This document shows, one piece after another, positions 20,261-29,097 of a DNA stretch of 64,000 bases. Both the position numbers and the translations under genes were made by a program. This DNA is from a virus (Duplodnaviria; Caudoviricetes): the IMG/VR virus record IMGVR_UViG_3300020050_012045, positions 32,001-96,000 of that record; one strand, written 5' to 3'. The notes below the pieces were generated by a model. It saw only the letters and a list, made by a program, of their open reading frames with translations, had not been told where the DNA came from and ran no database searches. The first letter of the stretch is position 1. Each line of letters starts with the position of its first letter.

Positions 20261-20289
20261 TTGACATTGAAATTTCTATGTGGCAGGAT
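20261..20289 (+). promoter_or_regulatory. sigma70-type promoter
   Basis: TTGACA-17-CAGGAT with extended TG; GGAG SD before ATG 20326. Confidence 0.6.
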
Positions 20290-20325
20290 GTCTGAAGTCG
20301 GGCAATTAAGCCCTTGGAGTTACGA

Positions 20326-20547
20326 ATGAATAATTATGTGAAGTTCCCAGTCTCGAAGACGTTGTTGAACCGCTTGAATGTCACGGAAGGTAAGTTTGTT
20401 CAGTTGGTGAACTCAAACAAGCCAACCCGTGAATTGTCGAGTCAAACTGGTGCGTCGCAACGTACCATTCAAGAGAAGCGCCAGTTGGTGAAGCGTGAGC
20501 GTCAGAACCGCAAGAGCACGCCAACAACTACGCCGACCTCATTCTAA
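20326..20547 (+). CDS. small basic protein, possible helix-turn-helix
   Basis: TRELSSQTGASQRTIQ resembles an HTH; GGAG SD. Confidence 0.55.
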   Translation: MNNYVKFPVSKTLLNRLNVTEGKFVQLVNSNKPTRELSSQTGASQRTIQEKRQLVKRERQNRKSTPTTTPTSF

Positions 20548-21297
20548 GCTATCCGCCTCTTCCAGCCCACGCTGACGAGTCCATTCGTCATACCCTTCGT
20601 ACTTATAAGTCAAGTTGCCAGCTGAACTAAAAGAATAGTTTGGTGGGCAGATTGACGGAGAACATCTACAGTTAGGATGTTCGCCCGCTAAACTAGGGAT
20701 ACCACTACCCTTTTTGTGGTACCCCTTGGAGATTTCAGACATCTTCCAAACTCGGGGTGTGACGCCATCAGGGAGCATATGCAAGGACAAGCACTCCCCG
20801 CAGCACTTGCCGTCACGGACGATTACAAAGAACAATGTTGGATCATCGATCCCGATCTTGGCAGCTGTGTGAACCACACCCTCAAAAGCCCCAGTCGACC
20901 GAGCCCGTTGAGCCTCGCTGTCAACTACTCTCTTGACCTCGAACTCAGCCTTATCCAAAATCCCCTGGACCATTTCGGTCAGGTTGACTTCGCTGTCATC
21001 TTTTTTAGTCTTCTCTTGGGTAATCAGGGTGTGGCGAAGGTCAGCTTCCATTCCGGTCTTGACGGCATCAAGGTAAGCCTGAGCTACCTCAATCAACGAG
21101 TCTTCGGTAGTTGGGTCAGGGTAACCGCCATGAGCACGAACTGATTCCCGGTACAGAGCGGGCAGAGAGTCGTACCCAATGTTCAGGCTGTTCTTCTCGG
21201 TCGGAAGAAACTGCTGGGTGATGACATCAAACATGTCCTTGATATAGCTGACTACCTTTTGGAACTGATGGCCTGGGCGTGGGTTTTTAGGTGGCAT
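20539..21297 (-). CDS. minor head protein (SPP1 gp7 / Mu gpF-like)
   Basis: RDGKCCGEC and HPNCRC motifs. Confidence 0.75.
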   Translation of the reverse strand: MPPKNPRPGHQFQKVVSYIKDMFDVITQQFLPTEKNSLNIGYDSLPALYRESVRAHGGYPDPTTEDSLIEVAQAYLDAVKTGMEADLRHTLITQEKTKKDDSEVNLTEMVQGILDKAEFEVKRVVDSEAQRARSTGAFEGVVHTAAKIGIDDPTLFFVIVRDGKCCGECLSLHMLPDGVTPRVWKMSEISKGYHKKGSGIPSLAGEHPNCRCSPSICPPNYSFSSAGNLTYKYEGYDEWTRQRGLEEADSLE

Positions 21298-21386
21298 AAG
21301 TTGTAATAGCCCTGAAACGATTTATTTTTAAATTGTTTAGCAATATTAACTAGATAGCTAGATTCGTGAATAGATACTTGAAACGA

Positions 21387-22235
21387 TTATCGTGGCCCAA
21401 ATCCACCCTTACGAACAGTCGGAACATCACGGACAGAGGCGTTCTCATCGTCCTTGGCCCGGTCTTCGTTCTGAAACACCCATTCGCGCTGAAGCTCTAG
21501 CTGGAATGGTCCACGAACCAGATTGACTTCACCAGTGACGACATTAACGTCTTTGTTGACTCGAATCTCATGCAGGATGCGGCTAACCGAGTAATACGGA
21601 ATGTATTGGTAACGGATTGAGCAGGTCACACCCCGACCGAGAACAGGGTCATACCCAGGGGATTTACCTGGGCGCCAGACGATGTTTCCGTTGGTGACTT
21701 CAAAGTCAACCCCTTGTCGGTACTTCTTGCCCCTAGCGTCCTTAAGAAGCTGAACAGATGTTACAGGGAAAATCATCCGGTCAGTACCAGACTGGTGATG
21801 CTCGAATTTCTGGCTGTTCGACACTCGGACAGGGTTGTCCTTGATGTAAACCCGATCTGCCACCTGGAACACAACCGGACAGTCGCAGTCGTGACCGTCA
21901 AAGCGCTTGTTGTAAAACCTCTGGACGGTCAAGTACGCCTTGGATTCATCGAAGATGCCGGCGTCCTTCCAGTCCTGGGAAGTTCCGTTGGAATAAAACC
22001 AACCCTCGGTTTCGCCAACGGTGTCAAAACTCATTCCGCCTGAACAGGTAGAGTGATTAGCATGAGGGCGAATGTCATCTGGAGATATTGACTCCTCGAC
22101 ACAGTAACTCATTGCTTCGTGAATGATTTCGACGCCATGAGACCTGATGAGATTGTCAAAAGCGTCGTTGTCAAACGAGACCGCCTCGAACGGAATTTTT
22201 ATATCGTGTCTTGTTGGATCTGGACGTTTCGCCAT
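21387..22235 (-). CDS. putative neck / head-closure protein
   Basis: FDNLIRSHGVEI...C...CSGG, DRVYI, YRQGVDF, SIRYQY; late motif 5 nt upstream. Confidence 0.6.
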   Translation of the reverse strand: MAKRPDPTRHDIKIPFEAVSFDNDAFDNLIRSHGVEIIHEAMSYCVEESISPDDIRPHANHSTCSGGMSFDTVGETEGWFYSNGTSQDWKDAGIFDESKAYLTVQRFYNKRFDGHDCDCPVVFQVADRVYIKDNPVRVSNSQKFEHHQSGTDRMIFPVTSVQLLKDARGKKYRQGVDFEVTNGNIVWRPGKSPGYDPVLGRGVTCSIRYQYIPYYSVSRILHEIRVNKDVNVVTGEVNLVRGPFQLELQREWVFQNEDRAKDDENASVRDVPTVRKGGFGPR

Positions 22236-22240
22236 GGCGG

Positions 22241-22248
22241 AAAGATTG
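22241..22248 (-). promoter_or_regulatory. putative late promoter CAATCTTT
   Basis: Exact octamer 5 nt upstream of ATG 22235; no SD. Confidence 0.75.
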
Positions 22249-22312
22249 TCTAAAAGACTTAACTATTGAATATTGTTGATGTATTTATCGGAGGAAAAGT
22301 ACAGTGTGGGTA

Positions 22313-22341
22313 TTGACATGACCGGCTAGGTGCGATAGAAT
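22313..22341 (+). promoter_or_regulatory. sigma70-type promoter (leaderless)
   Basis: TTGACA-17-TAGAAT-6-ATG(22348). Confidence 0.85.
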
Positions 22342-22347
22342 GACGAC

Positions 22348-22638
22348 ATGACAAAGCTCTTTAATCTAACCACGACGATAGTGCAAGCAGCGAGCGAATT
22401 TGTTCCGGCAGGTTATGTGGTAGAGTTCGAGAGCAAAGTCAGTCGCTTGACGATTAAACGCGGCGAGTTCCACTCATGGATAACCTTAAATATTCACAAT
22501 TCAATTGATTTGAAGGAAATCGTAACCGAACAAGTCAAATTTGTTGACACGCTGTATATTCATGCCAAAACAGAGCACGAGAAAACCGGCTTAAAACTTC
22601 TTTCTTACGAGATGGCAGCAGAAAGTGAGCCCAAGTGA
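22348..22638 (+). CDS. hypothetical protein
   Basis: 96 aa, follows a consensus promoter. Confidence 0.7.
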   Translation: MTKLFNLTTTIVQAASEFVPAGYVVEFESKVSRLTIKRGEFHSWITLNIHNSIDLKEIVTEQVKFVDTLYIHAKTEHEKTGLKLLSYEMAAESEPK

Positions 22639-23276
22639 AACCAATCATAACCGATTCGTTTGGCACCCGATATTACTCCCACGGGATTCCACCTATTGAG
22701 CTGACAGTCAAGGGTGAGGATAAAGTCGTGGCCTGGGCCTGTGGCAAGTGCAAGAACGTCAAGCACGAAGACTTCGTACTAGCTTGCTGTGCAGAGGGGC
22801 GCATTTGCTGCAAGCCGGGATGTGACGAAAGCACTGAATACTCACACCTTACAGTTTGCAACAAGCACCGGACCGAAAGTGAACGGGAGCGAGAGCAAGA
22901 AGTCTTCGATAAAGCCACCAAAGTGTCTTGGAAGGATTACCCAGACGGCTGGCTGTACTCAGAGCACTTTGGCAAGTATTTTGCCAGTTTTGAGGACTTG
23001 GCAATGGAGTTGTCTGACACAGACCCAGAAGACTGGCCAGAGTATGTTTACGGATGCGACAAAATGACGCTTCATATTGATGCTAGGGATGTTATCGAGA
23101 ACGCTACCCAGGACTTCTACGAAGACGCGATTGATGACCTAGACGAAGATAGTCTGCAAGTTAAGCTTGATCAGTGGGTGGAAGCTCAGAAGCTAGAGTC
23201 TTATGAAGCTAACTACAACGTCGCTGTCACTTTGGAAGGCTTTGAAGAGATGATCGGAGACTTGGACGTAGAGTAA
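22635..23276 (+). CDS. Cys-rich acidic phage protein
   Basis: WACGKC...CC...CCKPGC...C zinc-binding-like N-half, acidic C-half. Confidence 0.7.
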   Translation: MKPIITDSFGTRYYSHGIPPIELTVKGEDKVVAWACGKCKNVKHEDFVLACCAEGRICCKPGCDESTEYSHLTVCNKHRTESEREREQEVFDKATKVSWKDYPDGWLYSEHFGKYFASFEDLAMELSDTDPEDWPEYVYGCDKMTLHIDARDVIENATQDFYEDAIDDLDEDSLQVKLDQWVEAQKLESYEANYNVAVTLEGFEEMIGDLDVE

Positions 23277-23585
23277 TTAGATCAGTGCGTTCATGCGGTC
23301 GGTCATTGCGCTGTATTCGCGAACAGCCTCAGCCGAGTGAGCTACAACTGACGCTTCGCTCTTGCTCAGCTCAGTAATCTCCAACTCAGGATGACGAGTT
23401 TTGGCTACGTGCTTGGCGATAGCTGGGTGGCCACCGATTCCAAGGATTTTGCCCACTTTGCCATCTTTTAGGCCGGTGTGAACGACGCCAAGGCCGCCCT
23501 TTGCCATCGAATAAAACGCTTCTTGGTTGCCTAACATACCGATTTTCTTCGGTTTATTTGCCATTTGTTTGCTGTCTAAGTCCAT
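23277..23585 (-). CDS. small late (virion) protein
   Basis: Start moved to ATG 23585 (MDLDSKQ...) behind GAGGT SD and the late motif. Confidence 0.7.
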   Translation of the reverse strand: MDLDSKQMANKPKKIGMLGNQEAFYSMAKGGLGVVHTGLKDGKVGKILGIGGHPAIAKHVAKTRHPELEITELSKSEASVVAHSAEAVREYSAMTDRMNALI

Positions 23586-23602
23586 GTGATACCTCTGTCG
23601 AG

Positions 23603-23610
23603 AAAGATTG
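23603..23610 (-). promoter_or_regulatory. putative late promoter CAATCTTT
   Basis: Exact octamer 17 nt upstream of ATG 23585. Confidence 0.75.
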
Positions 23611-23619
23611 CTATGGAGG

Positions 23620-23648
23620 TTGACATCATAGTGGGGTTTTGGTATTGA
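23620..23648 (+). promoter_or_regulatory. sigma70-type promoter (leaderless)
   Basis: TTGACA-17-TATTGA with extended TG, 6 nt to ATG 23655. Confidence 0.7.
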
Positions 23649-23654
23649 TTGGGA

Positions 23655-24002
23655 ATGAGCGAAACAAGTTTCAAATTTGAAATTACCGAAGCTCGATCGG
23701 GTAAAGTTGTCGATCATTGGGTTTGCAAGACCCGTACGCCAGAAACCACAATTGACGAGACGCGATTACTTTATATGGTAAAGAGTCGAACAACGTTCAT
23801 TCACACATGCCGACTGGTCTCTGACCTTGAGACGGTTGATATGTACTGGATGGTCGATCCAATGGGACGAATGACGCATTATTTCAGAAAGTTGGCTGCT
23901 AGCGCTCCTGAATCAGGCACTTGCCCAACTTGCGGTGATCGTGGTAGCTTTATACGCATGGCTTTAACCTGTCCAACACACGGAGTTTTCGGTGGCTGCT
24001 AA
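23655..24002 (+). CDS. hypothetical protein with C-terminal zinc ribbon
   Basis: CPTCG...CPTHG. Confidence 0.7.
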   Translation: MSETSFKFEITEARSGKVVDHWVCKTRTPETTIDETRLLYMVKSRTTFIHTCRLVSDLETVDMYWMVDPMGRMTHYFRKLAASAPESGTCPTCGDRGSFIRMALTCPTHGVFGGC

Positions 24003-24222
24003 GACTTGTGAATACGTGACCCATTGGGGCGGTCGACGACCAGAAGACGAGTGCGGAGAGCCACGTGTTGAAGGCTTGGTTGTCTGCCTCAGGCATGCAT
24101 CCAAAGACTCGCTATACTTAGTGATTCAGGACCAGGCCAAGGAGCTTGAGCGTCTGAAACGGGAGTCGCAGGAGATTCAAGAACACTTTCGTGAAGCTAC
24201 AAAAAAGTTTGGATGGCGGTGA
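23992..24222 (+). CDS. hypothetical protein
   Basis: C...C...C--H followed by coiled coil. Confidence 0.6.
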   Translation: MAAKTCEYVTHWGGRRPEDECGEPRVEGLVVCLRHASKDSLYLVIQDQAKELERLKRESQEIQEHFREATKKFGWR

Positions 24223-24252
24223 CAGTATGAGACGCTATCTGGAGATTCCAAA

Positions 24253-24693
24253 ATGAAGGCATCTGATGTTTGGTTTCATGTATTGACAGTAGACGAGGCA
24301 CCGCAAGTTGTCTTGGGCTTCCGTTGGTTCGACGAGGAAAGGGGAGAGTTGTTTGCTCACCTTCATGTGCCGTTAGCGAATTTTCAATTGGACTGCCTAT
24401 TAACGCAAGGGCCCATTCCATGTGTTTCTGGGAAAATTAAACAACCTGCCCCTGAGACTAGGGGTGAGTATGTGGAATCAACTCGAAATGAGCTTCGCCT
24501 CTGGCTGGACAGAGATGAGCTTGGGACTATCCGTCTCAAGGTAATTGACCTGATTAGTCGTCATGAATTTTCTGTTGTGTTTCCTGGTCATGGACTTTTC
24601 ACTGGATTTTTTTCTGAGCTTTGCCAATCACGTAGTCCAAGAGGATTTTGCTCCTTGCCTGACCTTACTAAGTTCTTGGTTGGTGAAGCATGA
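24253..24693 (+). CDS. hypothetical protein
   Basis: GGAG SD; overlaps the next start. Confidence 0.6.
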   Translation: MKASDVWFHVLTVDEAPQVVLGFRWFDEERGELFAHLHVPLANFQLDCLLTQGPIPCVSGKIKQPAPETRGEYVESTRNELRLWLDRDELGTIRLKVIDLISRHEFSVVFPGHGLFTGFFSELCQSRSPRGFCSLPDLTKFLVGEA

Positions 24694-25343
24694 GCCTACC
24701 CGCCCTGTTCATCATTCTCTGTCTTAGCGCAATGCTGCTGGGTGTAATCTGGTTTGGTGTGACGACTTGGCAGTCACCAGCTACGGCAAACGAATTTGAT
24801 CTCGAACCGTTCTTTGCTGAAGACGCCAAGCGAAAGAAAGTCACATCCAACTTAAAAACCTGGAAGACGGATGGCGTCACTAAGCTGGTTTACGTTGACG
24901 ACGGTAGTCAGCACAAAGGTTTGGCCCGTCTCATTTGGGAGAAAGACTTCTTCACCCTGGTTGAACTTCCCGATGGGACAGAATACATCCTTCTCAGGGG
25001 TGAATACACCCATACCATCTACCCGAGAAAGCAAGAGCCAGCCCCGGAGGTCACAAATAAGTCAGTCGCAAAACAAGTCGATGAAGTGTGCAAGCTGGTC
25101 CAGGAAGTGCTCAATGATGACTCAGCACGTGAAGTTCGCTGGACACCCACTCCTCAGCCAACTAACCCGCTGTACGTCTGTCCGGTACAGTGGTGTAAAT
25201 CGCAATGGGATTGGAGCTTGGCACAGTGCTCTGGGTGTGGTACTACTTTGGCATGGATATTTAAAATGCAATCTGAAGGCGCTGATGGCGAGCTGCTGGT
25301 TAAGCGACCAAGCATGAATAAAGTTATCAAGGAGATGAAGTGA
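24690..25343 (+). CDS. membrane-anchored protein with C-terminal zinc ribbon
   Basis: N-terminal TM helix; CPVQWC...CSGCG. Confidence 0.65.
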   Translation: MSLPALFIILCLSAMLLGVIWFGVTTWQSPATANEFDLEPFFAEDAKRKKVTSNLKTWKTDGVTKLVYVDDGSQHKGLARLIWEKDFFTLVELPDGTEYILLRGEYTHTIYPRKQEPAPEVTNKSVAKQVDEVCKLVQEVLNDDSAREVRWTPTPQPTNPLYVCPVQWCKSQWDWSLAQCSGCGTTLAWIFKMQSEGADGELLVKRPSMNKVIKEMK

Positions 25344-25546
25344 GCGCATTTGAGGGATATCTTTTGGGGTTAGCTGTTGTAATGTTTTTGGCAAAATTTG
25401 CCGTTTGTGTCATTCAAGCGGAAAACGGCGGATTGAACGAGGCGCCTGGCCCTTTCTTCGTCTTGTTTTTGATGTTTGTGATGATTGACGTGCCGTTAGC
25501 AATTGTCGCGACCCAGAATGTAAATCTTGTTCGGGTGCAACGATGA
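25340..25546 (+). CDS. small two-TM membrane protein
   Basis: Two hydrophobic segments; GGAG SD. Confidence 0.6.
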   Translation: MSAFEGYLLGLAVVMFLAKFAVCVIQAENGGLNEAPGPFFVLFLMFVMIDVPLAIVATQNVNLVRVQR

Positions 25547-25794
25547 GTAAGGATTGCATCTACATGGTCTTTGCTGTAACCGAGCTGAAGAGTCGGTACG
25601 ACAAGCCTAGAAAAGGTAGTAATAGCAAGAGCACTTTTGTTGGTTTGTTTTCGGACAAAGCTACAGTGAAAAAACTATTAAAGACCAACCCCAACCCAGA
25701 ATGCTCTCACTACCACGTATCCTGGTGCTGGCTAGATAGCCATTGCCCAGACCCAACCGACTGGATTGTTACTAAAGATGGAGAGTGGATTTGA
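25543..25794 (+). CDS. hypothetical protein
   Basis: ATGA overlap in operon. Confidence 0.6.
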   Translation: MSKDCIYMVFAVTELKSRYDKPRKGSNSKSTFVGLFSDKATVKKLLKTNPNPECSHYHVSWCWLDSHCPDPTDWIVTKDGEWI

Positions 25795-26012
25795 AAAAGA
25801 CTAAGTGGCGAGTTGGTGGCGGCGTTCACGCCAGTACATATCTTGGCGAAGTAGAAGCAGCGACGGCCAAAGAGGCGATTGAAGAAGCTTGGAAGATCGC
25901 ATTTGTGTCAGTTTGTCACCAATGCAGTAGCGACGTATCGGATCCTGAGGTGACATCAATCTGGGTTGAAAATGAAGACACCGGCGAATATTCAGAAAGT
26001 GGTGACGAATGA
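25785..26012 (+). CDS. hypothetical protein
   Basis: VEAATAKEAIEEA motif common in small phage proteins. Confidence 0.6.
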   Translation: MDLKKTKWRVGGGVHASTYLGEVEAATAKEAIEEAWKIAFVSVCHQCSSDVSDPEVTSIWVENEDTGEYSESGDE

Positions 26013-26052
26013 AAGATTACAATAAAATACCAATGAAAGATTACAATAAAAT
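26009..26052 (+). repeat. tandem duplication, 24 nt period
   Basis: ATGAAAGATTACAATAAAAT at 26009-26028 and 26033-26052. Confidence 0.9.
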
Positions 26053-26230
26053 TTCATTTAAGTTTGTCTGGGTAGTGAACACTTATTATCAGTTTGACGG
26101 ACGTTGCGATCATCCCCCCGAAGCGGTCTTCACCAGTAAAGAAGCGGCATTGGCATATTGTGAGGAAAGAGGATATCACGGAATGGGACAGAATGCTCCC
26201 AACATTACCAAACTGAGAGTTCAGGAATGA
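26009..26230 (+). CDS. hypothetical protein with duplicated N-terminus
   Basis: MKDYNKIP-MKDYNKIS; VFTSKEAA motif. Confidence 0.6.
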   Translation: MKDYNKIPMKDYNKISFKFVWVVNTYYQFDGRCDHPPEAVFTSKEAALAYCEERGYHGMGQNAPNITKLRVQE

Positions 26231-26640
26231 AACTAATCATTGCAGGACTTCGTGACTATACGCCGACTGACTCCGAAATGGACGAAGCGGTCAAGTTTGC
26301 GTTAGGCGAGACATACAAGTGGGGCAAGCCTTCGGCGGTCACCGAGGTTGTAAGTGGCAAAGCTTCCGGGGTTGATGCCGCTGGGGAAGCTTGGGCTAAG
26401 CGCAACAATTTGCCAGTCAAAGACTTTCCTGCTGACTGGGACAAGCACGGTAAGGCGGCTGGACCAATCCGCAACCGAGAGATGGCCAAGTACGGCGATG
26501 TTCTAGTTGCTTTTTGGGACGGAAACAGTAAAGGTACTGGGAGCATGATCAAAGAGATGAACGGGTTGGCAAAGCAGGTCTACATCTTTAAGCCTAAGGC
26601 TAAACAAGCGGACATTCCTAAGCCTCGGACCGGCTTATGA
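26227..26640 (+). CDS. SLOG family protein (YspA/DUF2493-like)
   Basis: IIAG-R, VVSGKASGVD, FPADWDKHGKAAGPIRNREMA, AFWDGNSKGT. Confidence 0.9.
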   Translation: MKLIIAGLRDYTPTDSEMDEAVKFALGETYKWGKPSAVTEVVSGKASGVDAAGEAWAKRNNLPVKDFPADWDKHGKAAGPIRNREMAKYGDVLVAFWDGNSKGTGSMIKEMNGLAKQVYIFKPKAKQADIPKPRTGL

Positions 26641-26888
26641 GCGACAAGCTCCCTAAAGTGTACGAAGAGATTGGGGCGCGCTTCAACGGATACGAGTGGG
26701 AGGCGTGTTTTGATGTCGTGGATCCAGTAAAGATCATGAGGCGACTAAAGAGAACTGGCGCAGACATCAAAAGTGTGGTTATTGACTACCGTTATCAGCC
26801 GCTGACGTTTCAGGGAATATGCATTGTTGAAATGGTCCCCGTTTATCCATATGTGACGACACGAATCACCTGGACAATGAATAAATGA
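26637..26888 (+). CDS. hypothetical protein
   Basis: ATGA-coupled ORF. Confidence 0.55.
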   Translation: MSDKLPKVYEEIGARFNGYEWEACFDVVDPVKIMRRLKRTGADIKSVVIDYRYQPLTFQGICIVEMVPVYPYVTTRITWTMNK

Positions 26889-27175
26889 GCGACAAAGACT
26901 TCATCTCCGATATCGATCTTAGTCGACTACAATTCCTCGCGGATGCAATTGTTTACGCTCCGAGCGAAGCTGAGCGGTTCAGTAAAACGATTATTGAGAA
27001 CGGTGAGCTTGAAGGGGAACTAGCAAGAGAAGTCGAACAATCGCTTCTTCGCTCCGCTAGTGACACTCGTCGGTTCGTATCTACCATTGCTATTAGTAAT
27101 GCATCAAAAGCCGACAGAGTTGCCGCATTCATGCTGTGTACGTCATTGGCCATAGTCCTTCCTGGGAGAATCTGA
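26885..27175 (+). CDS. hypothetical protein
   Basis: ATGA-coupled ORF. Confidence 0.55.
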   Translation: MSDKDFISDIDLSRLQFLADAIVYAPSEAERFSKTIIENGELEGELAREVEQSLLRSASDTRRFVSTIAISNASKADRVAAFMLCTSLAIVLPGRI

Positions 27176-27544
27176 ATGAAGATTACAGCCGAAGATTTCC
27201 AGTTGCTCATATGCGGCTTTCCTCCGTATGAGGCTATCTACTCCAGAGTTCATGCGTTCACGAAACATAACGACCTGTCAGTGTTTATAGAAGCTCTCAA
27301 GCAACACGATCAGGTGTTGAGAGACGCCGGGTGCACCAACGTTAGCTTGGAAGCTGTTGATTACGGCAGCAGTAACGTGCACCTAGCTATATATGGTCGG
27401 CGCCAGGCTACCGAGAGCGAGCGACTCGCTAAAGAAGACTTAGAGCGAAATATGCAGCAAGCCAAAAGGGCTAAGCTTAGGGAAGATCTATTTCGCTACC
27501 AAAAGCGGATTGAAGACATCAAGCGCGAACTGGGGGACGAATGA
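27176..27544 (+). CDS. hypothetical protein, paralog of 56688 and 57056 genes
   Basis: IYGRRQATESE followed by a coiled coil ending ELG. Confidence 0.65.
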   Translation: MKITAEDFQLLICGFPPYEAIYSRVHAFTKHNDLSVFIEALKQHDQVLRDAGCTNVSLEAVDYGSSNVHLAIYGRRQATESERLAKEDLERNMQQAKRAKLREDLFRYQKRIEDIKRELGDE

Positions 27545-27870
27545 AGGTTTACATCCTTTACGGCACCAGATGGGATACCGATTACGATCCTATAGACACT
27601 CTCGGGGTTTATTCTACTTACCAGAAGGCTTTATTGGCTGGTAACAAGTGGTTTCTTGGATACAGCGGATGGAAAGTGAATGACGATCTGAGAAACACCA
27701 AAATCAAAGAGATGCATGATAACTCCCCAGGGCTAAAGAAGCTTAAATTCAAGGAGCTTGAGCCAATTGTGTTGAACGTAGCCGGCCCGTATGTTCCAAT
27801 GCCAGAAAGAATGTGGGAACACAACTTTGACATTTTGGAGATCGAAGAAATGGAGGTCGACGGTGAATAA
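27541..27870 (+). CDS. hypothetical protein
   Basis: MKVYIL...LGVYSTYQKA...IEEMEVD motif common in small phage proteins. Confidence 0.65.
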   Translation: MKVYILYGTRWDTDYDPIDTLGVYSTYQKALLAGNKWFLGYSGWKVNDDLRNTKIKEMHDNSPGLKKLKFKELEPIVLNVAGPYVPMPERMWEHNFDILEIEEMEVDGE

Positions 27871-28087
27871 GTGGACTTGGTTGGAAGAGGCACGCGGACT
27901 AGCCAGAATGGTTGGCGACACCGGATCGGTTAGCGGCAAGGACTTCAGAATTGCTGTTCAGGTGATTGATAAGCTGATTGAGAAGTATTTAGAATACAGG
28001 AATGATGACCTTTCGGATTGTAGCGCTCATGATGCTGAAGCAGCGATACGAGACGATCTCCGTGAATTTACGGACAAACTCCGATGA
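27863..28087 (+). CDS. hypothetical protein
   Basis: GGAGG SD before GTG 27863. Confidence 0.6.
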   Translation: MNKWTWLEEARGLARMVGDTGSVSGKDFRIAVQVIDKLIEKYLEYRNDDLSDCSAHDAEAAIRDDLREFTDKLR

Positions 28088-28518
28088 GTATCTTATCAGT
28101 CTACTGCGACGGCTCTTCCCACGCCAAAGGCGGACTACCAATCGGCTGGGCGTTCTGCCTAGTGGTTGACAACCAGCTTTGGTATGCTAGTACCGGATGC
28201 TCTGAGTCTGGAACCAACAACGTAGCAGAGTTGACCGCTGCTATTGATGGCTTGGAAGCGGCTAAGCAGTTCCGCAAGGAAGGTCAATTAGTGGAACTGG
28301 TGTCTGACAGCCAGTACACACTAGGCAGCGCTACTGGGGCTTACGTAGCTGTCAAGAACGTTGAGTTGGTGCAGCGGCTTCAGGCCCTTTACAAGGAAGT
28401 ATGTTGGCGGACGAGGTGGGTCAGAGGGCACGATGGTGATGAGTTCAACGAGATGTGTGACGGACTAGCTAAGGCCGCCAAGCAAGCGACAGTTGACTCG
28501 CTTAAGGTGAAGAAATGA
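28084..28518 (+). CDS. rnhA: ribonuclease HI
   Basis: YCDGS, TNNVAEL, SDSQY, WVRGH, NEMCDGLA (D-E-D-D catalytic set). Confidence 0.93.
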   Translation: MSILSVYCDGSSHAKGGLPIGWAFCLVVDNQLWYASTGCSESGTNNVAELTAAIDGLEAAKQFRKEGQLVELVSDSQYTLGSATGAYVAVKNVELVQRLQALYKEVCWRTRWVRGHDGDEFNEMCDGLAKAAKQATVDSLKVKK

Positions 28519-28715
28519 CGCCAACTATATGCTACATGATCGTGGAGAATTCTTCGTGTGAACCCGTGACAGCCTGCGTCTGTACAACGATGGAAATAGC
28601 TGAGCGAGAGCTAGAGAAGCTAGAAGCAGAGACTGTGAAAGAATTGGGTATACGAGAAAAACTTTACCACAAACCTTGGTGGGTAATTGAAGAATGTGCA
28701 CTATATACCGAATAA
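28515..28715 (+). CDS. hypothetical protein
   Basis: ATGA-coupled ORF. Confidence 0.55.
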   Translation: MTPTICYMIVENSSCEPVTACVCTTMEIAERELEKLEAETVKELGIREKLYHKPWWVIEECALYTE

Positions 28716-28725
28716 AGGTGAAGAA

Positions 28726-29097
28726 ATGACTGACAGCGAAGCTTCTGGGTTAGTTTACGGTTCAGCAATCGTGCTGATGGGCTTAATGTTTGCAGTCCAT
28801 GATTGCCAAAACAACAGCATCCAGTCTGCTGAAGATACGCTCGCAGAAGCAAAGAAGAACCGGACAGAAGCCGAGGAGAAGGATATACACTGGGAACTGC
28901 TGAGGTGTAAAGCTAAGATGACCGAGAGCGTAGAGGTTGGCGGACTGAGTACGTTTTGCGCTTTCAAATACCAAGAGAACGTCACCAAAATGACCAAAGC
29001 TGGGTACGCAATGGAGAAGTTTGGCCCTGGGTACTGTAACACCAAATTTCTTGACTGCTACAGTGTGAGCTGGGCAGCGGTCACTGACTCAAAATGA
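28726..29097 (+). CDS. membrane-anchored Cys-containing protein
   Basis: AGGTG SD, N-terminal TM helix, several Cys in the C-terminal part. Confidence 0.6.
   Translation: MTDSEASGLVYGSAIVLMGLMFAVHDCQNNSIQSAEDTLAEAKKNRTEAEEKDIHWELLRCKAKMTESVEVGGLSTFCAFKYQENVTKMTKAGYAMEKFGPGYCNTKFLDCYSVSWAAVTDSK

Noticed and set aside
21313-21388. Direct repeat TGAAACGATT (21313 and 21379) upstream of the minor head gene
   Set aside because: Only two 10 nt copies in an AT-rich gap; resembles the late motif but is too weak to call
23586-23717. N-terminal extension of the 23277 ORF (likewise the called starts at 12602, 34652 and 46478)
   Set aside because: Extensions run through promoters or upstream genes; downstream starts have an SD, the late motif or translational coupling
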